DNA of 64,000 bases from an uncultured virus (IMG/VR IMGVR_UViG_3300027782_000076) (IMGVR_UViG_3300027782_000076), one strand, 5' to 3'; counted from the first letter of the stretch, positions 47,834 to 56,597 are shown. The notes: generated by a model from the sequence alone, not told the origin. Numbers and translations are program-made.

Positions 47834-50249
47834 TGTTTAAAATATTTTGATTAACTGAATCTTGTTTCTTTTTAATTATTATCCAACGCCCTTGTTGGTC
47901 TCTTCCCTCTTCGGGCATTATGCCTTCTTTAAATATTCCGTAAGCAATTAACCACTTATAGAATCTTGTTCTGCTGATTGTCATCTTTGCCTTTGGTCCG
48001 TAGTCAGGATACTCATTGATAAAGTCTTGATACAAGTCTTGCTTGTACAATCTTCTTTCTGACTCAAGATGTCTGTATGTCTCTTGACCGTCAATCAATC
48101 CACACCACTCGATAAAGTCGTGACACGTTTCTGCTGACAGCTGACGAATCTTTAAGTTCACAAATTTAGATTTAACTAATCCCGTATTTAAAAACCCTTG
48201 CAGGCATCCAATCATATAATTGTCAAACTCGCACCAATCATCATCGCTCCAATCGCCAAACATTAACTTACCAAACTCATCAAGCGGAGTGTGGGTCTTA
48301 TTGTAATGCTGATGCAACTCAATCTCCCACTTCCTTCTTGCAAATGAATTACCTGAGCCCTTGATAGCATAGTTTGTTGTGATAGCTATCTTAGGTGACT
48401 TGCTGAATGGAATCTTAATCGCATCCTTGTTCTTTTTCTCAAGCGTTAGTCCTTCAGTTACAACTGAGAATAATCTTTCAAAGTCAAAGTATCTCTTCAC
48501 GTCATCGAAACATAGTATCTGCGTATCGGCTGAGACCAACTGATAGGCAAACGACCTCTCAAATGTAAACGACTTCCCATCTATAACGACTAACTTCTTC
48601 ATACAGCTAAGCGCATTCATAAACAATCCCTTCCCTGTACCACCCTCGGGGTTATCACTTATAACCTCGTCATTTAAAATTACTGCGGGGCAGAATGATA
48701 AATTCTTATGAGCGTGCAGTAGGAATCCTATTGTACTCTCCGTTGAACTTGTCCTTGCCTCGTCGTTACCACAAATGTTTGATATAAACTTCTTATAATC
48801 GCATCTGTCTGTTACTTCACAAATATTAAAATTCCTATCAATCACGTGGTCTTTCCAAACGTAACCGCCCAAGTCCAAGTAATCTATTGGTATAATTTCC
48901 TTCTTTGTAATCTTAACCGCACAATTCTTATAGTAAAGGTACGCAGAGTCTTTCGTATCTTCAATAAAATAAATATCAATTGTTGAAAGCATCGATAAAA
49001 ATTCTTCCTTAAAGAACCTCGTATTGTCCGCAAAGTAATTGTAGACGCTGATGTCGTCCAACTCGAATAGGTGCGCAAGCACGAAATCTTTAATCTCTTT
49101 CTCTGACGTGTGGTCGATTAGGTTATTGGTTACTTTCACAAATACGTAATTCTTACCACCCTCAGGGCAATACTTATAGAATCCCGAGTCCTCCAAGAAC
49201 TGCTTGAATAGAATATGAATTACCTTGATGACTCCCTTGTCGTTCTTGCTCCAAAAAGTTTGCTTCTCATTCTCCTCCTCAACCTTGTTCAGTACAGCTT
49301 CTATAACTTCGCTATCCAAATGGGAATCTTGTAACTGATAGCGAATCTCTTTTTTTGAAACACCTCTTCTAAGTTTTGCTTTGATTTGATTTACCTTCTC
49401 CTCGTCCTCGTAATACTTCGTACCAAAGTTTGTGGTATGAACGTATGCCGAGTCGATTGTTCTTTGAATCTCTGATATGGTAAAGCCTTCCGTTGCGTAT
49501 TGGTTTAGTACGTATGATGCAAGACTCTTGTTTACTCCAAAGTCATTGAACGCCATCGCAAGTATGAACGCGTTATGGTTTCTTTGTCCCTCTGACATTG
49601 GGTATTTTGTTGTCCACCACTTCACAAGTATTTCCACTATCTTGTTCTCGTCCGTGATTGGTATGGTTGGCTTGTCCTTGTACTTACTTACTTCGGTGTA
49701 CTCTGCCTCCTCGATGCTGTCCCATATTGACGAATTTTCGTTTATGTGCAAGAGCGGGTCGTAAGACTCGTAGCATACTCTTGATATGTTTTTACTTGTC
49801 TTGTCAAAGTATGGTGAATTTAAATACTTCTCAAGGGAATTAAAATAGTTTACGTGGTTCTCTGCGTCTGCGGGAATCTTTACTAATACTTTAAGTCCGT
49901 TACCCGACGGAGATATAAATACCGAGAACACATACTTGTTCTTTGATAGGTTCTCCTTATCCTGCAATAGCTCCTTCTGTTTAACGTATCCGTCAAAGTC
50001 CAAGCATATGAGTCCACTATGATTAATTAATGCGCTGTCGGCTCTCTTATTGAACTCTCCGCTAAAGCATATCGCGGGCAACTGCTTCTTCAATTCATTT
50101 CGCTCAGGTTTTCTTTTCTCTAAACGAATCTTCTTTACTAACTCCTTTGTGGCTCCGTTCTTTATTCTTTCAAGGATTATATGCACGTCACGATAGAACG
50201 GAGTGTCCGTGTCCCTGATATTTTGGAAGATTGTTATGTTATGTGTCAT
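47826..50249 (-). CDS. Primase-helicase (BT4734/VirE-N-like primase, PriCT, P-loop helicase)
   Basis: LKKQLP, SGLICLDFD, FISPSGNGLK, GQRN, GGTGKG, FDD. Confidence 0.85.
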   Translation of the reverse strand: MTHNITIFQNIRDTDTPFYRDVHIILERIKNGATKELVKKIRLEKRKPERNELKKQLPAICFSGEFNKRADSALINHSGLICLDFDGYVKQKELLQDKENLSKNKYVFSVFISPSGNGLKVLVKIPADAENHVNYFNSLEKYLNSPYFDKTSKNISRVCYESYDPLLHINENSSIWDSIEEAEYTEVSKYKDKPTIPITDENKIVEILVKWWTTKYPMSEGQRNHNAFILAMAFNDFGVNKSLASYVLNQYATEGFTISEIQRTIDSAYVHTTNFGTKYYEDEEKVNQIKAKLRRGVSKKEIRYQLQDSHLDSEVIEAVLNKVEEENEKQTFWSKNDKGVIKVIHILFKQFLEDSGFYKYCPEGGKNYVFVKVTNNLIDHTSEKEIKDFVLAHLFELDDISVYNYFADNTRFFKEEFLSMLSTIDIYFIEDTKDSAYLYYKNCAVKITKKEIIPIDYLDLGGYVWKDHVIDRNFNICEVTDRCDYKKFISNICGNDEARTSSTESTIGFLLHAHKNLSFCPAVILNDEVISDNPEGGTGKGLFMNALSCMKKLVVIDGKSFTFERSFAYQLVSADTQILCFDDVKRYFDFERLFSVVTEGLTLEKKNKDAIKIPFSKSPKIAITTNYAIKGSGNSFARRKWEIELHQHYNKTHTPLDEFGKLMFGDWSDDDWCEFDNYMIGCLQGFLNTGLVKSKFVNLKIRQLSAETCHDFIEWCGLIDGQETYRHLESERRLYKQDLYQDFINEYPDYGPKAKMTISRTRFYKWLIAYGIFKEGIMPEEGRDQQGRWIIIKKKQDSVNQNILNNE

Positions 50250-50423
50250 TGTACGTCGATTTAATGATAGATTTTGATTAGATAACTTGCTGACTACTAA
50301 TACTTATGTCGATAATGTCAATTTTAACTTTACTTTATAATTAATAAATAATAATAATAATAGAATATATATATATAGAGTATAGAGGATAATAATTTAG
50401 CATTTTCGTCACGGGTTAGAGCC

Positions 50424-50451
50424 AAAAAAAGGGGAGAGAATGCCCCTCCCC
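50424..50451 (-). terminator. Intrinsic terminator after ssb
   Basis: Minus strand GGGGAGGG/CTCTCCCC plus T7. Confidence 0.65.
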
Positions 50452-50467
50452 TCGCTTTTAATTGGTT

Positions 50468-50749
50468 TTAGAATGGTAAACCATCGCTCTCCTCTTCAAC
50501 AGCGGGAGCTGACTTTGCCGTTGGCGTTTCACCCTTGCCCTTAGGCTCGAATGTGTCCAACTCTAAGTAAGCGTTACCGCTTCTTGCGTACTTGGCGTTC
50601 AGGTTAACCCATCCACCTTTTTGATGCTTCTGCATAAATGCAATTGCATCGTCTACCTTAATTGATACTCTTCCGATAACAAAATCGGGTGCGTTCTCTT
50701 GACGTTTGAAAGAGAATCCGTCTGCAAAAATTTTTTCGTCTTGTGACAT
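50468..50749 (-). CDS. ssb: Single-stranded DNA-binding protein (small OB-fold type)
   Basis: Acidic tail EEESDGLPF; lies next to Sak/RecE. Confidence 0.65.
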   Translation of the reverse strand: MSQDEKIFADGFSFKRQENAPDFVIGRVSIKVDDAIAFMQKHQKGGWVNLNAKYARSGNAYLELDTFEPKGKGETPTAKSAPAVEEESDGLPF

Positions 50750-50769
50750 TTTACTTTTTTTTAAAATTT

Positions 50770-50819
50770 ACCTTAGTCTGTTTTAACCGACCACCAACCT
50801 CTAAGGTTAAGCTGATGAT
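50770..50819 (-). promoter_or_regulatory. H-type RNA pseudoknot in the ssb leader
   Basis: S1 AUCAUCAGCUU/AGGUUGGUGGU, L1 = A, S2 ACCUUAG/CUAAGGU. Confidence 0.6.
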
Positions 50820-50825
50820 AGGGCA

Positions 50826-51050
50826 TTATTTTTTATGACTATCATTATCATCTATAATTCCATTTACTATTTCCATTGTCATCTCATAAAGAAAGTAGGG
50901 TATAAATATAGTCATTACTATTACAAACCAAAAAAAGTTAAATAACAATACTGCAACTTTTAATGGTCTACTCCTATTATTTCTAACTAATCTAAAAGGG
51001 AATCCACCAATTTTTTCAATAATAAATCTTACTATATCTTTCTTTTTCAT
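50826..51050 (-). CDS. Small membrane protein
   Basis: One long hydrophobic segment; AT-rich. Confidence 0.5.
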   Translation of the reverse strand: MKKKDIVRFIIEKIGGFPFRLVRNNRSRPLKVAVLLFNFFWFVIVMTIFIPYFLYEMTMEIVNGIIDDNDSHKK

Positions 51051-51078
51051 ATGGGTCTAAGTGTCTTTGAAGACACAC

Positions 51079-51810
51079 CTATAGCGTGTCCTCGATGTAA
51101 TGATTTGCAATGTCGTCCGTGGGGTTTGCACCATAATACTTTTGGTATACCTCTACAGCCTTTAAAACTTTAGCCTCTCCGCCTCGTACGAACTCCTCAG
51201 TCGGTCTAAAGATACCAAGCTGAGCCGTCGCCTTGTCGACCACATAGAACACCAATGGCTTACCAAATAATGTTTGGTATATGTAGCACTGCGAATCGTA
51301 ATTGTAAGACCTCGCAGAATATTTAAACTTCTGAATATCTGCCGTAGTCTTTAGGTCAATAATAGAATCGTTAGTTAAAATATCCGCCTTGCCCTTCCAC
51401 TTCAAACCTGCAATCTCCGTGATTGCGGGAGTCTCAAACAAGTTACCCTCTCTATAAATCTCGTCATAGAATGTAATGTTACGCTTCATCACGCTCACCA
51501 ACCTCTCGATGTCCTCCTTCTCTTTTTTAAGCATACACATCTCCAAGTTATTCTCCTCGCAGTAATTCTTGTACTCCTTCGTCGTCCTTGTCGTCACGTC
51601 TACAAACGGAATTACTTGCGCTTTCTCAGGCTCTATCAGCAACTGATGAAAATATCTACCCTCCAATAAATTTTTACTATCGGGTCTCGACTTACCATAA
51701 CCCTGAGGATTATTAAGCAGAGTACCTATGTCCGAATTGGATAGGTACTGCTTGCCTAATACTCCGTAGTAGTTATTGTCATCTCGCAATTGTTCGATGA
51801 TGTCCATCAT
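51079..51810 (-). CDS. RecE/exonuclease VIII-like PD-(D/E)xK nuclease
   Basis: LSNS, G..FH..L.EP, KGKAD, IIDLKTT, Y..Q..IY. Confidence 0.85.
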   Translation of the reverse strand: MMDIIEQLRDDNNYYGVLGKQYLSNSDIGTLLNNPQGYGKSRPDSKNLLEGRYFHQLLIEPEKAQVIPFVDVTTRTTKEYKNYCEENNLEMCMLKKEKEDIERLVSVMKRNITFYDEIYREGNLFETPAITEIAGLKWKGKADILTNDSIIDLKTTADIQKFKYSARSYNYDSQCYIYQTLFGKPLVFYVVDKATAQLGIFRPTEEFVRGGEAKVLKAVEVYQKYYGANPTDDIANHYIEDTL

Positions 51811-52430
51811 TAAGAATTTACTAAATTAGCAATCTCCTTCTTAACTGCGGGACTCATTTTGTATTTTCTACTCAATTGTTTTCCAATTGCCTCAATACCA
51901 AGCGATTTATTTGCTTCGATGTACGAACAAACCTTAGCCCAACTTGGCGAGTCTTTCTTCAACTCTTCCAACTCTGTTGTTGGTGGTGAAACTACGGGAG
52001 GCGTAGTCGTTAGCTCAGGAACGTCCTCGCCCGTCCATAAACTTAAACCTAATCCGTGCATTGCGATAGCCTTAGCCGTCGAGCGCTGAATCGTTTTGTT
52101 TACGTCCATCGACGTTAATTTCCCAATTGGAATTGCATTGTTACGAAAGTCCATCACGGGCAGGTAGTCAATATGCTCGATGTCGTTCACGACGATACCA
52201 ACCTTAACGTAGGCGGTAGTTCCGTCGGTGAAATAATTTAAGCCCGTGTGGTCGTGCTCGTAAATTTTACGCTGAGCGTTTGGATAGTGGGTCTTTAATA
52301 AAGACCAAGCGTTTGCCCAAGACAAGTAGTCAAGGTTTCCCTTGCGCTCAATCTTGTCCTTGATGCTGATTGCTGATAATGTTTTGAATACCTCGTTGGT
52401 ACTCGAAACTGCTGTTGTGTTTGTCGCCAT
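51810..52430 (-). CDS. sak: Sak/Rad52-like single-strand annealing protein (DUF1071-like)
   Basis: YLSWANAW, LPVMD.RN, VNKTIQR..AKAIAMHGLGL.LW.GED. Confidence 0.85.
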   Translation of the reverse strand: MATNTTAVSSTNEVFKTLSAISIKDKIERKGNLDYLSWANAWSLLKTHYPNAQRKIYEHDHTGLNYFTDGTTAYVKVGIVVNDIEHIDYLPVMDFRNNAIPIGKLTSMDVNKTIQRSTAKAIAMHGLGLSLWTGEDVPELTTTPPVVSPPTTELEELKKDSPSWAKVCSYIEANKSLGIEAIGKQLSRKYKMSPAVKKEIANLVNS

Positions 52431-52441
52431 TTTGTTTTGGA

Positions 52442-52744
52442 TTAAATTGTGATTGAATTTTGAATGTTTTTTACTAATTTTTTGTAGTCGGCGTCTTGTT
52501 TCATCTTGTTTTCAAATGAAGATACGCCCCTATAGATTGTTGACCAACTTGTCTTGTAGCCATTCTCCTTCATATAGGTATTAATTGTTGCTAAGGGCAT
52601 CGGTCTTACTGAACATAGATAGTACAATAAGTGCCTTGCGTCTACATACTCCTGAACCTTTGATTTTTTAAATAGGTGCTTTCTCTCTATACGAAATGTC
52701 TGAACTACCTTCTCCACACACTCATTAAATATATCTTTTTTCAT
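52442..52744 (-). CDS. DnaA domain IV-like HTH protein
   Basis: L..KSK.Q.YVDARHLLYYL...WSTI pattern; own promoter TATATTTG at 52772-52779 (minus). Confidence 0.6.
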   Translation of the reverse strand: MKKDIFNECVEKVVQTFRIERKHLFKKSKVQEYVDARHLLYYLCSVRPMPLATINTYMKENGYKTSWSTIYRGVSSFENKMKQDADYKKLVKNIQNSITI

Positions 52745-52802
52745 TGTATTGTAATTAAATTTGATTGTTCACAAATATACACATTGTGCATTGATTATGC
52801 AA

Positions 52803-53174
52803 TTATTTGGAAATAAACTTCCTTGCGACTCTGTCCCACAACTCCTCCTCTACCAATTCGAGCGACTTATCTTTGATGATGCTATTCATCTCGTCCGATT
52901 GTTCTGCGTCGTTAATCTCGAGCAGGAAATCTCCCGTGATTAAGATTTGGATGTAGAAACCGCCAACGTACCTTACCACGTCCCTGCAATCGGGTCTGAG
53001 CCTTGCGCTTGGGTTGTAGTGTACAAACAACTCTCTCGGTGTTATTCTGCCCGTGTTAATAAACAAATCAAAGCTCATCTCTCCGTCTTGCATCTTCTGC
53101 AGGGTTTGGATGTACAATTTATCGGGCTTGTCCTTTAGTTTTTCCTTCAGGATTTCTTCTGCTACTATGGTCAT
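52803..53174 (-). CDS. Hypothetical protein
   Basis: ORF in the early minus-strand array. Confidence 0.6.
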   Translation of the reverse strand: MTIVAEEILKEKLKDKPDKLYIQTLQKMQDGEMSFDLFINTGRITPRELFVHYNPSARLRPDCRDVVRYVGGFYIQILITGDFLLEINDAEQSDEMNSIIKDKSLELVEEELWDRVARKFISK

Positions 53175-53205
53175 CTTATTTTTACTAAATTGTTAAACAA
53201 TATTT

Positions 53206-53604
53206 TTATGCGTAAACTACTTCGCCCAATGCAATGTATTGGAATATAACGTCCGAACTTGTGGCGTCTCCGTGTTCGTTTATTTCGTTTAGGATAGCCC
53301 AACTATTATCGTCGGTAGCACACTTTTGCAGTCTTTCACTCATCGTAGTCATACTGATTGTTCCAACTGCGTCCTCGTCCTCCTCCTCTTCGATGTCGTG
53401 TATCTCTACGTCAATGTTGTGGTCGTACACTGCTGAGAATAGAGCCTGACTAAATGGTATACTCCTATCAGGCACAACTTCTCTGACTTTCTTAACGGCT
53501 TTACCTCCGATAAGATACCAATAATTACTCCCGCCCTCTAATGCGGTTACAAAGATGTCTTCCAAGACTTCTCTTGTCAATTCAATGTTAATAGATACTT
53601 TCAT
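53206..53604 (-). CDS. Hypothetical phage protein
   Basis: TALEGGSNYW and DA..SDVIFQ...GEVVY motifs. Confidence 0.7.
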   Translation of the reverse strand: MKVSINIELTREVLEDIFVTALEGGSNYWYLIGGKAVKKVREVVPDRSIPFSQALFSAVYDHNIDVEIHDIEEEEDEDAVGTISMTTMSERLQKCATDDNSWAILNEINEHGDATSSDVIFQYIALGEVVYA

Positions 53605-53789
53605 ATTTGGTTTATTATAAATTTAACTTTTGATTTTGTGTTTGGGTTTAACTCTAATTGCCCTATCGAACACCACCCATTTGCCCATTCGAAATTGTTT
53701 TCTCCTATCCAAGTTATCTTGCGGAGAACTTTGCCGTGTTCGTTTTGTAAATAAAACAAATCACCTTTGTAAATTCCTTTCGTCTTCAT
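53601..53789 (-). CDS. Hypothetical protein
   Basis: Coupled ORF. Confidence 0.55.
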   Translation of the reverse strand: MKTKGIYKGDLFYLQNEHGKVLRKITWIGENNFEWANGWCSIGQLELNPNTKSKVKFIINQI

Positions 53790-53790
53790 T

Positions 53791-53994
53791 TTATTTTATA
53801 GTTAAATGACCTACTTCTATTCCGATGTCTTCTCCGTTTTCCAACGCTTGATTTATTTCAAAAAAGTCTTCGACTAAACTTTCGCTATCGTCATCGTGTA
53901 AAACATATAATGAAAATAGTCCGCTTTGATAAACTTCTTTGGCTATGTCAGTTACTAAGAACCACACAAAGCCTTGTACAACTTTTGCTCTCAT
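53791..53994 (-). CDS. Hypothetical protein
   Basis: Closely packed ORF. Confidence 0.55.
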   Translation of the reverse strand: MRAKVVQGFVWFLVTDIAKEVYQSGLFSLYVLHDDDSESLVEDFFEINQALENGEDIGIEVGHLTIK

Positions 53995-53997
53995 AAT

Positions 53998-54324
53998 TTA
54001 GTTTGTTATTGTTTTAGTTATTAAACTCTCGATAATTTCAAACTTCCCGTCCTGAAAGTAAATATCAACGGGAAAGTCAATGTCAGGTAAGCACAATGTC
54101 TGCTCACCGAATAGGTTCATATTCACTGCCCCAAAATCCTCGATAAAGTAATCCTCGATTTCGCTCCAATGGATGAGCAACTCGATGTCCACCTCGTTAA
54201 TTTTTATCTCCACCGAATATATCAATGCAGACTTGTTGTTGACCTCGAACACTTCGAGGTCGATTGTTGGGAACTTGTTCTCTTGTACCCAAGAACTCAG
54301 CTCCGATAATTTAAATTTTTTCAT
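53998..54324 (-). CDS. Hypothetical acidic protein
   Basis: Start moved to ATG 54324 (A-rich leader); the track start at 54360 lies inside the ribozyme. Confidence 0.6.
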   Translation of the reverse strand: MKKFKLSELSSWVQENKFPTIDLEVFEVNNKSALIYSVEIKINEVDIELLIHWSEIEDYFIEDFGAVNMNLFGEQTLCLPDIDFPVDIYFQDGKFEIIESLITKTITN

Positions 54325-54349
54325 TTGTTTGTTTGTTTTGGTTTTTAAA

Positions 54350-54403
54350 TCCCGTTTCATCCTTTTGGAATCATCAGTCGAGACAACTCATCTCGATACG
54401 GGA
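54350..54403 (-). ncRNA. Type III hammerhead ribozyme HH1
   Basis: UCCCG-UA/UCGAGA-UGAGUUG-UCUCGA-CUGAUGA-UUCC-AAAA-GGAU-GAAA-CGGGA. Confidence 0.85.
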
Positions 54404-54571
54404 GAGTGTCCTTAAAGACACTCCCGTTTTTTATGGTCTAAACCTGACGACTTCGGTCTCGGTGAACCAACTACAAAAACCCCCGTAATAATAGTGTGCG
54501 AACCCCATCGAACCTCAGTCGTTATAATAAAGCACTAAGATAGCATATACATTGCACATATCAAAATTAAA

Positions 54572-54772
54572 TTAATCTTTGTAGCTTGGCTTGATAGCAA
54601 AGCACTCAATCATCTCGTCGTGATAGGCGTCAATATTATTGACCTTAGTGAACTCGTTCGCTTGTTGTTTGGTCTCAAACTCAGCCACCAATCTTTCACT
54701 CTTGCACCTATATATTTTGGCGTAATTCGTCGGTACTTCGACCACGCTCCACACAATTTTCTTATTCATCAC
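54572..54772 (-). CDS. Hypothetical protein
   Basis: Early-array ORF. Confidence 0.55.
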   Translation of the reverse strand: MMNKKIVWSVVEVPTNYAKIYRCKSERLVAEFETKQQANEFTKVNNIDAYHDEMIECFAIKPSYKD

Positions 54773-54965
54773 AGGCCTCCTTTACTATTTCAAATACTCT
54801 GACGCCGTTAACTTCCCTGAACTCAATCGGGTACAACTTGATTAACATTTCTAATTTGTCCTTGAAGAATCCTCGTCTGCTCTTAGGCAGATAAATCAAT
54901 CTGTCAATCACCTCTTGCGTCAACTCCCTGCGCTCTTGGTACACATCTACTTTTTGCTCTTGCAT
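54762..54965 (-). CDS. Hypothetical protein
   Basis: Early-array ORF. Confidence 0.55.
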   Translation of the reverse strand: MQEQKVDVYQERRELTQEVIDRLIYLPKSRRGFFKDKLEMLIKLYPIEFREVNGVRVFEIVKEACDE

Positions 54966-54969
54966 AACT

Positions 54970-55119
54970 TTAGTTTTTAAGTTTAATTTTAATCATATCC
55001 AAAATAAAATTGTCAATGTTCTGCTGTCCCCAACTGCGGGCACCCTCGAACGAATCAAAGTCCTTACGTGCTACCTTGTAGGCGTTGTCTTTGTTTAGGT
55101 ATTCAATGTAAATCTCCAT
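54970..55119 (-). CDS. Hypothetical protein, 49 aa (not in ORF track)
   Basis: MEIYIEYLNKD...KLKN* fills the gap exactly. Confidence 0.55.
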   Translation of the reverse strand: MEIYIEYLNKDNAYKVARKDFDSFEGARSWGQQNIDNFILDMIKIKLKN

Positions 55120-55120
55120 C

Positions 55121-55309
55121 TTACTTGTTGTTTAGGGTTTCGTCTAATCTATTACACCCGTACGCAACTGCGCCTAAGGATAAAAACATTGTACACATTA
55201 GCACCACCCATTCGAACGGGTTTAAGCTATCTAAAATACTCATCAGGTAGACTATCAGACCTGAATAAGCTAAGCCTCCTAAGGCTAATAAAATTATTGT
55301 TTTTTTCAT
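55121..55309 (-). CDS. Small two-TM membrane protein
   Basis: Two hydrophobic segments. Confidence 0.55.
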   Translation of the reverse strand: MKKTIILLALGGLAYSGLIVYLMSILDSLNPFEWVVLMCTMFLSLGAVAYGCNRLDETLNNK

Positions 55310-55310
55310 C

Positions 55311-55607
55311 TTACTTTCTTTCTAATTGATAAAGTTTTGTCTCAAATTCTTTGGTCATTTCCTCAACGTCGTAAACCTTTTCGTTGTCGTCGTCCTCGTA
55401 ATAATAAATGGGGACACTTATGCTATCGTCCGACGTTTCGTAGCTATCGAATTGATACTTATCGGTGTTAATCATATCGCAGTTTATAGACGATATAAAC
55501 CACATTACCGACCACACCATTCCATTGTCTTCCGCCCATTGTAGGCGCTCTTCCTTTGTTTGCTCGACCATATCGAATGGCGATGCAAAGATTCTTGTTT
55601 CTTTCAT
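55311..55607 (-). CDS. Hypothetical protein
   Basis: A-rich leader; VPIYY...KVYDVEEM..EF. Confidence 0.6.
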   Translation of the reverse strand: MKETRIFASPFDMVEQTKEERLQWAEDNGMVWSVMWFISSINCDMINTDKYQFDSYETSDDSISVPIYYYEDDDNEKVYDVEEMTKEFETKLYQLERK

Positions 55608-55640
55608 TTTTTGTTTGGTTTAATTAAGCACTATTGCTTG

Positions 55641-55684
55641 GGCTATGCAAGGGACTCGAACCCTTGTTTATACCATACATAGCC
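55641..55684 (-). ncRNA. tRNA-like minihelix (acceptor stem plus T-arm, no anticodon arm)
   Basis: GGCUAUGU-AUGGUAUAAAC-AAGGG-UUCGAGU-CCCUU-GCAUAGCC. Confidence 0.6.
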
Positions 55685-55691
55685 AATCTAA

Positions 55692-55931
55692 TCAATCGTA
55701 GTCGGGGAAAAAATCTTCCCAACCATCTGCAATTCCGTTTGTGTTCATTCTGCGCATTGGCTCCTGTCTCTGCTCCTCCTGTTCGCCTTGCACATCGATA
55801 AAATAAATCGTGTCAGGAAATAAATCCTTTAAACTATCCATCTCGATTACCGCCTCGTCGTACGATAAATCACTTGCCTCGATTTGTGGGTACCCGTCCT
55901 CGTCCACGCCACATACTCTGAACTTGTCCAT
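55692..55931 (-). CDS. Hypothetical acidic protein
   Basis: Start moved to ATG 55931 (MDKFRV). Confidence 0.55.
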   Translation of the reverse strand: MDKFRVCGVDEDGYPQIEASDLSYDEAVIEMDSLKDLFPDTIYFIDVQGEQEEQRQEPMRRMNTNGIADGWEDFFPDYD

Positions 55932-55936
55932 ATCCG

Positions 55937-56101
55937 TTAGTATTTGTCCGTTAAACACTCTCTACGCTCCACCTTAGACCCGTCAATCGTTAGCGCCATC
56001 TTAACTGCGTCGGAACACTTTTTGAACGTGTACATCTGCACAAACTTTCCTAAGCATAGGCAGTCCACTGCCCACAACTTAGCCATCTTTAATTTTCTCA
56101 T
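55937..56101 (-). CDS. Hypothetical protein, 54 aa (not in ORF track)
   Basis: MRKLKMAKLWAVDC...TDKY* fills the gap. Confidence 0.5.
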   Translation of the reverse strand: MRKLKMAKLWAVDCLCLGKFVQMYTFKKCSDAVKMALTIDGSKVERRECLTDKY

Positions 56102-56105
56102 TTTT

Positions 56106-56591
56106 TTAGTTTAATTTAATTTTTTCCTCTAATAATATATCTAAGACTTCCAACTCGGACTCGTATTCCACGTCTCTCCACGAATAGACGTCGGTCTCCT
56201 TGTCGTAGTCTTTTATCCAATAGATGTCGGTCTCCTTGTCGTGGTCGATTCTATCAAAGTCCTCACCCTCTAAGTTCACTACGGACATACCGCCAACGTC
56301 ACCGATAACGCAACCAAATATTTTACCATCGGTCTCAACGTAGTCGTAGCGATAGTCTAACCCGAATTTTAATGCAAGTTGGTCGACCTGATAAATATCA
56401 GGAGTACCCTCAGTAATGAAATCGACAACACCATCTTCAATAGTCAAATCAAAGCAATACTTTTCTTGTTTGCCGTCCATCAAATAAATACTATCGTATC
56501 TATTTTTGGTCGTTCGAGATTTAATAAATTCTAAGCATTCTGCGACTCTATCTCCTTGAAATAAAATCGTATTGTAGCAATTGTTCGCCAT
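56106..56591 (-). CDS. Hypothetical protein (MxNxCxN start, possibly YubB/ferredoxin-like)
   Basis: MANNCYNTI N-terminus; Y.E.D...G. Confidence 0.55.
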   Translation of the reverse strand: MANNCYNTILFQGDRVAECLEFIKSRTTKNRYDSIYLMDGKQEKYCFDLTIEDGVVDFITEGTPDIYQVDQLALKFGLDYRYDYVETDGKIFGCVIGDVGGMSVVNLEGEDFDRIDHDKETDIYWIKDYDKETDVYSWRDVEYESELEVLDILLEEKIKLN

Positions 56592-56597
56592 TTTTTT

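Noticed and set aside
54440..54535. Possible additional structured RNA (ACGACU/AGUCGU outer stem) upstream of HH1
   Set aside because: Only short helices, no recognisable core and no second copy for covariation
55641..55684. Functional tRNA gene
   Set aside because: No anticodon arm or D-stem; reported as a tRNA-like element instead
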